Origin: an uncultured bacterium
GTDB taxonomy: Bacteria > Gemmatimonadota > Gemmatimonadetes > Gemmatimonadales > Gemmatimonadaceae
Assembly (NCBI GenBank): GCA_963978095.1
Contig: CAXBQP010000056.1
Coordinates: 1 to 18,332, forward strand
Direction: 5' to 3'
Length of the DNA stretch: 18,332 bases
The translations under genes and the position numbers were made by a program. The notes beneath the pieces are model-generated. The model worked only from the letters and a program-made list of their open reading frames with translations. It did not search any database and was not told where the DNA came from. Below, piece after piece: positions 15,249-18,332 of this stretch. Within the stretch, counting starts at the first letter, position 1, and every line of letters begins with the position of its first letter.

Positions 15249-15740
15249 ATGCTGCAGCACGAACTGTCACGCCTCGTCAACCGCGAGCTCGCCGCGCTCC
15301 GCGATGAGCTGCTGGCGTATCCCGACGAAGCAATGATCTGGGCCCGGTCCGGCGGCACGCCGAACTCCGCCGGGACGCTCACCCTGCACCTGGTCGGCAA
15401 TCTGCGCTGGTACATCGGAGCGCAGTACGGAGCGACCGGGTATGTCCGGGACCGGGACAAGGAGTTCAGCCAGCGCGATGTGCCACGCGACGAACTGCTC
15501 CGCCTGATCGCCGCAGCCGCCGACGAGGTCACGCGGACCTTTGCGACTGTCGACCCCGCCGTGCTCGATCGGCCCTATCCGATCGACGTGGCGGGGCAAC
15601 AGTGCCCGGCGGATCGGTACCTGTTGCATCTCGTCGTGCATCTCGGGTACCACCTCGGTCAGGTGGACTATCACCGCCGCGTGGTGACGGGCTCGCCCAC
15701 CTCCGTGGGGGCGCTGTCGTCAGCCGCCCTCGTGCCATGA
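15249..15740 (+). CDS. DinB/YfiT-like (DUF1572-type) four-helix-bundle protein
   Basis: NSAGTLTLHLVGNL, YVRDRDKEF, HLVVHLGYHLGQVDYHRR (His triad). Confidence 0.85.
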   Translation: MLQHELSRLVNRELAALRDELLAYPDEAMIWARSGGTPNSAGTLTLHLVGNLRWYIGAQYGATGYVRDRDKEFSQRDVPRDELLRLIAAAADEVTRTFATVDPAVLDRPYPIDVAGQQCPADRYLLHLVVHLGYHLGQVDYHRRVVTGSPTSVGALSSAALVP

Positions 15741-17128
15741 GCGCCGCGATGCGCCGAATGAGGCGCGAAGCGCGGCGCCTGCCGCGCTTCATCCGTTGGT
15801 GCGTGGTGTGGTGCGCGTCCGCTGGTGCGGCAATCGTCCCGACACGGCTTCTCGCACAAACCACCCTCTCCCCGATCGAACAGAAGATCCGCGAGACGGT
15901 GACCAAGAGTCACGAACAAGCCGTCAGCTACTTGCAGAAGACGGTCAACATCCCGAGCAACACGCTCAAGTTCACCGGCGTCAAAGCGGTCGGCATGCTG
16001 TTCAAGGCGTCGCTGGACTCACTCGGCTTCAGCACCAAGTGGGTGACGCTTCCCGCCGAGGTGGGGCGCGCCGGGCACTTGGTGGCGGAGCACAAGGGGA
16101 AACCAGGCGCGGTACGGATCATGTTGATCGGGCATCTCGACACGGTGGTGGAGCCTGATGGTCCCACGTGGGTCCGTACCGACTCGATCGCCAAGGGGGT
16201 CGGGAGCGGCGACATCAAGGGCGGCGACGTGGTGATCCTGTATGCGCTGAAGGCGCTCCAGGCCGCCGGCTCGCTCAGGGACATGAACATCTCGATCATC
16301 TTCACCGGTGACGAGGAACATCCCGGAGAACCGCTCGCGCTCGACCGCAAGGACCTGATTGACATGGGGAAGCGCAGCGACATCGCGCTCGCCTTCGAGG
16401 GTGGGAACAAGAGCGACGTGACGGTCGCTCGCCGCGGCGCGAGTTCCTGGCGCGTGACCGCCACGGGGCGTCAGGGGCACTCCGCCGGTGTGTTCAGCCC
16501 GGGCGCGGGATACGGCGCGATCTACGAAGTGGCGCGCATCGTGAACGCATTCCGCGAGCAACTCGCCGGCGAGCAATACCTCACCTTCAACGTGGGCACG
16601 ATCGTCGGCGGGACCGACGTGGACTACGACACCGTCGGCGTGAAGGGGAGTGCGTCGAGCAAACTCAACATCATCTCCAAGTCCGCGATCGCGCACGGGG
16701 ATCTCCGCTTCATCTCCGAGGACCAGAAGGAGCGTACGCGCGCCAAGATGCGCGACATCGTCGCCAAGCATCTCCCAGGGACCGACGCCAAGATCACCTT
16801 CCTCGACGAGTATCCGGCGATGGCTCCCACGCCGGGGAATCTCAGGTTGCTCGAGTATTACGACGGCGCGAGTCAGGCCTTGGGCTATGGCAAGGTCGAA
16901 GCGCTCGATCCCGGGCGCCGCGGCGCAGGGGACATTTCTTTCGTCGGCCCGATCCTCGACGGCCTCGACGGGCTCGGCGCCATCGGCACCGGGTCGCACG
17001 CTCCGGATGAACGCGTGAATCTGAACGCCCTCAAGATGCAGACCGAACGCACGGCGATCTTCCTCGAGCGCATCGGTAAACTTCCCTCCAGCACCTTCTC
17101 CCGTACCCCCGCCTCGGACCATCACTGA
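15737..17128 (+). CDS. Secreted M20 family metallopeptidase (carboxypeptidase G2-like)
   Basis: ATGA overlap; signal-like segment; LIGHLDTV, GSGDIKGG, GDEE, AFEG, GHS, GAGDISF, GSHAPDE. Exact start uncertain (ATGs at 15737, 15749, 15758). Confidence 0.88.
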   Translation: MSAAMRRMRREARRLPRFIRWCVVWCASAGAAIVPTRLLAQTTLSPIEQKIRETVTKSHEQAVSYLQKTVNIPSNTLKFTGVKAVGMLFKASLDSLGFSTKWVTLPAEVGRAGHLVAEHKGKPGAVRIMLIGHLDTVVEPDGPTWVRTDSIAKGVGSGDIKGGDVVILYALKALQAAGSLRDMNISIIFTGDEEHPGEPLALDRKDLIDMGKRSDIALAFEGGNKSDVTVARRGASSWRVTATGRQGHSAGVFSPGAGYGAIYEVARIVNAFREQLAGEQYLTFNVGTIVGGTDVDYDTVGVKGSASSKLNIISKSAIAHGDLRFISEDQKERTRAKMRDIVAKHLPGTDAKITFLDEYPAMAPTPGNLRLLEYYDGASQALGYGKVEALDPGRRGAGDISFVGPILDGLDGLGAIGTGSHAPDERVNLNALKMQTERTAIFLERIGKLPSSTFSRTPASDHH

Positions 17129-18332
17129 TGCGTACTTCCCGCTTGCTCTCTTCCGGCGTCGCGCTCGCTGCGGTCATCGCCATCGGTTCCGCCTTCGCCC
17201 GTCAGCAGGACGAGACGACCGTCATTCGCGCGTCCACCGTGCTCGATGGTGCCGGCGCGAGACTCACGGACGTGGATATCACCGTCCGCGGAGGGAAGAT
17301 CACCGCCATCACCAAGGCCACCGCGAAGGCGCCTGCGGGAAAACTCATCGATCTCCGCGGCTCCAAGACTCTGATGCCGGGGCTCATCGACGCGCATTCA
17401 CATCTGACCTGGTACTTCAACGCGCAGGGACGCTACCATACGAACGCGGACGGTGAAACCGCCGAACAGGGGCTGGCGGCCGCGGTCGCCAACGCGCATG
17501 CAACGCTGATGGCCGGCTTCACCACCGTGCAGAGTCCGGGATCCCCCGAGGACATCAAGGTGCGCGAGATGGTCGAGGCGCAGGGGAACGGCCCGCGCAT
17601 CCTGACTTCGCTCCAGGCGCTGCAGAACGGTGACACCACCCGGCTCCGCTCGCTCGTGCAGCAGCGCAAGCAGCAGGGCGCTGATCTCATCAAGCTGTTC
17701 GCGAGCGCGAGCATCCGCGACGGTGGCAAGCAGTCGCTCACCGCCGAACAAGTGGCAACCGTCTGCGGTGAGGCCAGGAAGCAGGGGCTTCGCACCATCG
17801 TGCATGCACACTCGGCGGAGTCGATGCGTACCGTGATCGAAGCCGGCTGCGACCAGATCGAGCACGGAGTGTTCGCCACGCAGGCGGAACTCGATCTGAT
17901 GGCGAGCAAAGGGACCTGGTTCGATCCGCAGTGCTCGCTCGTGTTCCGGAACTATCTCGACAATCGCGCCAAGTACGACGGGATCGGCAACTACAACGAG
18001 GCCGGCTTCGCTGCGATGGAGAAGGCGATCCCGATGGCGGCCGAGGTGATCCGCAAGGCGTGGAAGACGAAGGGGCTCAGGATGACCTACGGCACGGACG
18101 CCGTGGCCGGCGCGCACGGGCGTAATGCCGAGGATCTCGTGTGCCGCGTGCAGAGTGCGGGGGAGCCGCCGATGCATGCGCTCGTCTCCGCCACCTCCGT
18201 CACCGCCCAGTCGATGGGGCTCGGCGACAAGATCGGGCGCATCGCCGTCGGGATGGAGGCCGACATCATCGCGCTCGACGGTGATCCCTTGACGGACATC
18301 ACCGCCGTGCGGAAGGTGGCCTTCGTGATGCG
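17128..18332 (+). CDS. Secreted metal-dependent amidohydrolase (Xaa-Pro dipeptidase-like), 3'-truncated; absent from the ORF track
   Basis: TGATG overlap at 17126-17130. Manual translation gives MRTSRLLSSGVALAAVIAIGSAFARQQDETT...TLMPGLIDAHSHL...GADLIKLFAS...VHAH...IEHG...YGTDA...GRIAVGMEADIIALDGDPL. Confidence 0.9.
   Translation, partial: MRTSRLLSSGVALAAVIAIGSAFARQQDETTVIRASTVLDGAGARLTDVDITVRGGKITAITKATAKAPAGKLIDLRGSKTLMPGLIDAHSHLTWYFNAQGRYHTNADGETAEQGLAAAVANAHATLMAGFTTVQSPGSPEDIKVREMVEAQGNGPRILTSLQALQNGDTTRLRSLVQQRKQQGADLIKLFASASIRDGGKQSLTAEQVATVCGEARKQGLRTIVHAHSAESMRTVIEAGCDQIEHGVFATQAELDLMASKGTWFDPQCSLVFRNYLDNRAKYDGIGNYNEAGFAAMEKAIPMAAEVIRKAWKTKGLRMTYGTDAVAGAHGRNAEDLVCRVQSAGEPPMHALVSATSVTAQSMGLGDKIGRIAVGMEADIIALDGDPLTDITAVRKVAFVM

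Overview
GC-rich bacterial chromosomal window. The gene set and the GGRGG-rich secreted hydrolases suggest Gemmatimonadota or Acidobacteriota (inference only). Gene order: 3' part of the error-prone polymerase dnaE2, FKBP-type PPIase, SET-domain protein (-), fatty acid desaturase, M19 dipeptidase, rpsU (-), DEAD-box helicase, NAD(P)-binding protein, acetamidase/formamidase, gluQ, two hypothetical proteins, a large BNR/VPS10 beta-propeller protein, a DinB-family protein, an M20 peptidase and an amidohydrolase running off the end. The standout signal is inside dnaE2: a roughly 90-bp, three-stem palindromic module inserted in frame at two places. The copies at 1-83 and 1330-1412 match at 82/83 nt. 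A third, inverted copy (1211-1298) has differently sequenced, compensating stems but identical loops (CTA, GGCCGCA, cGNAg, GAGA, GTA). This points to a structure-conserved, REP/RPE-like coding element. No transposase, tRNA, rRNA or CRISPR array is visible.
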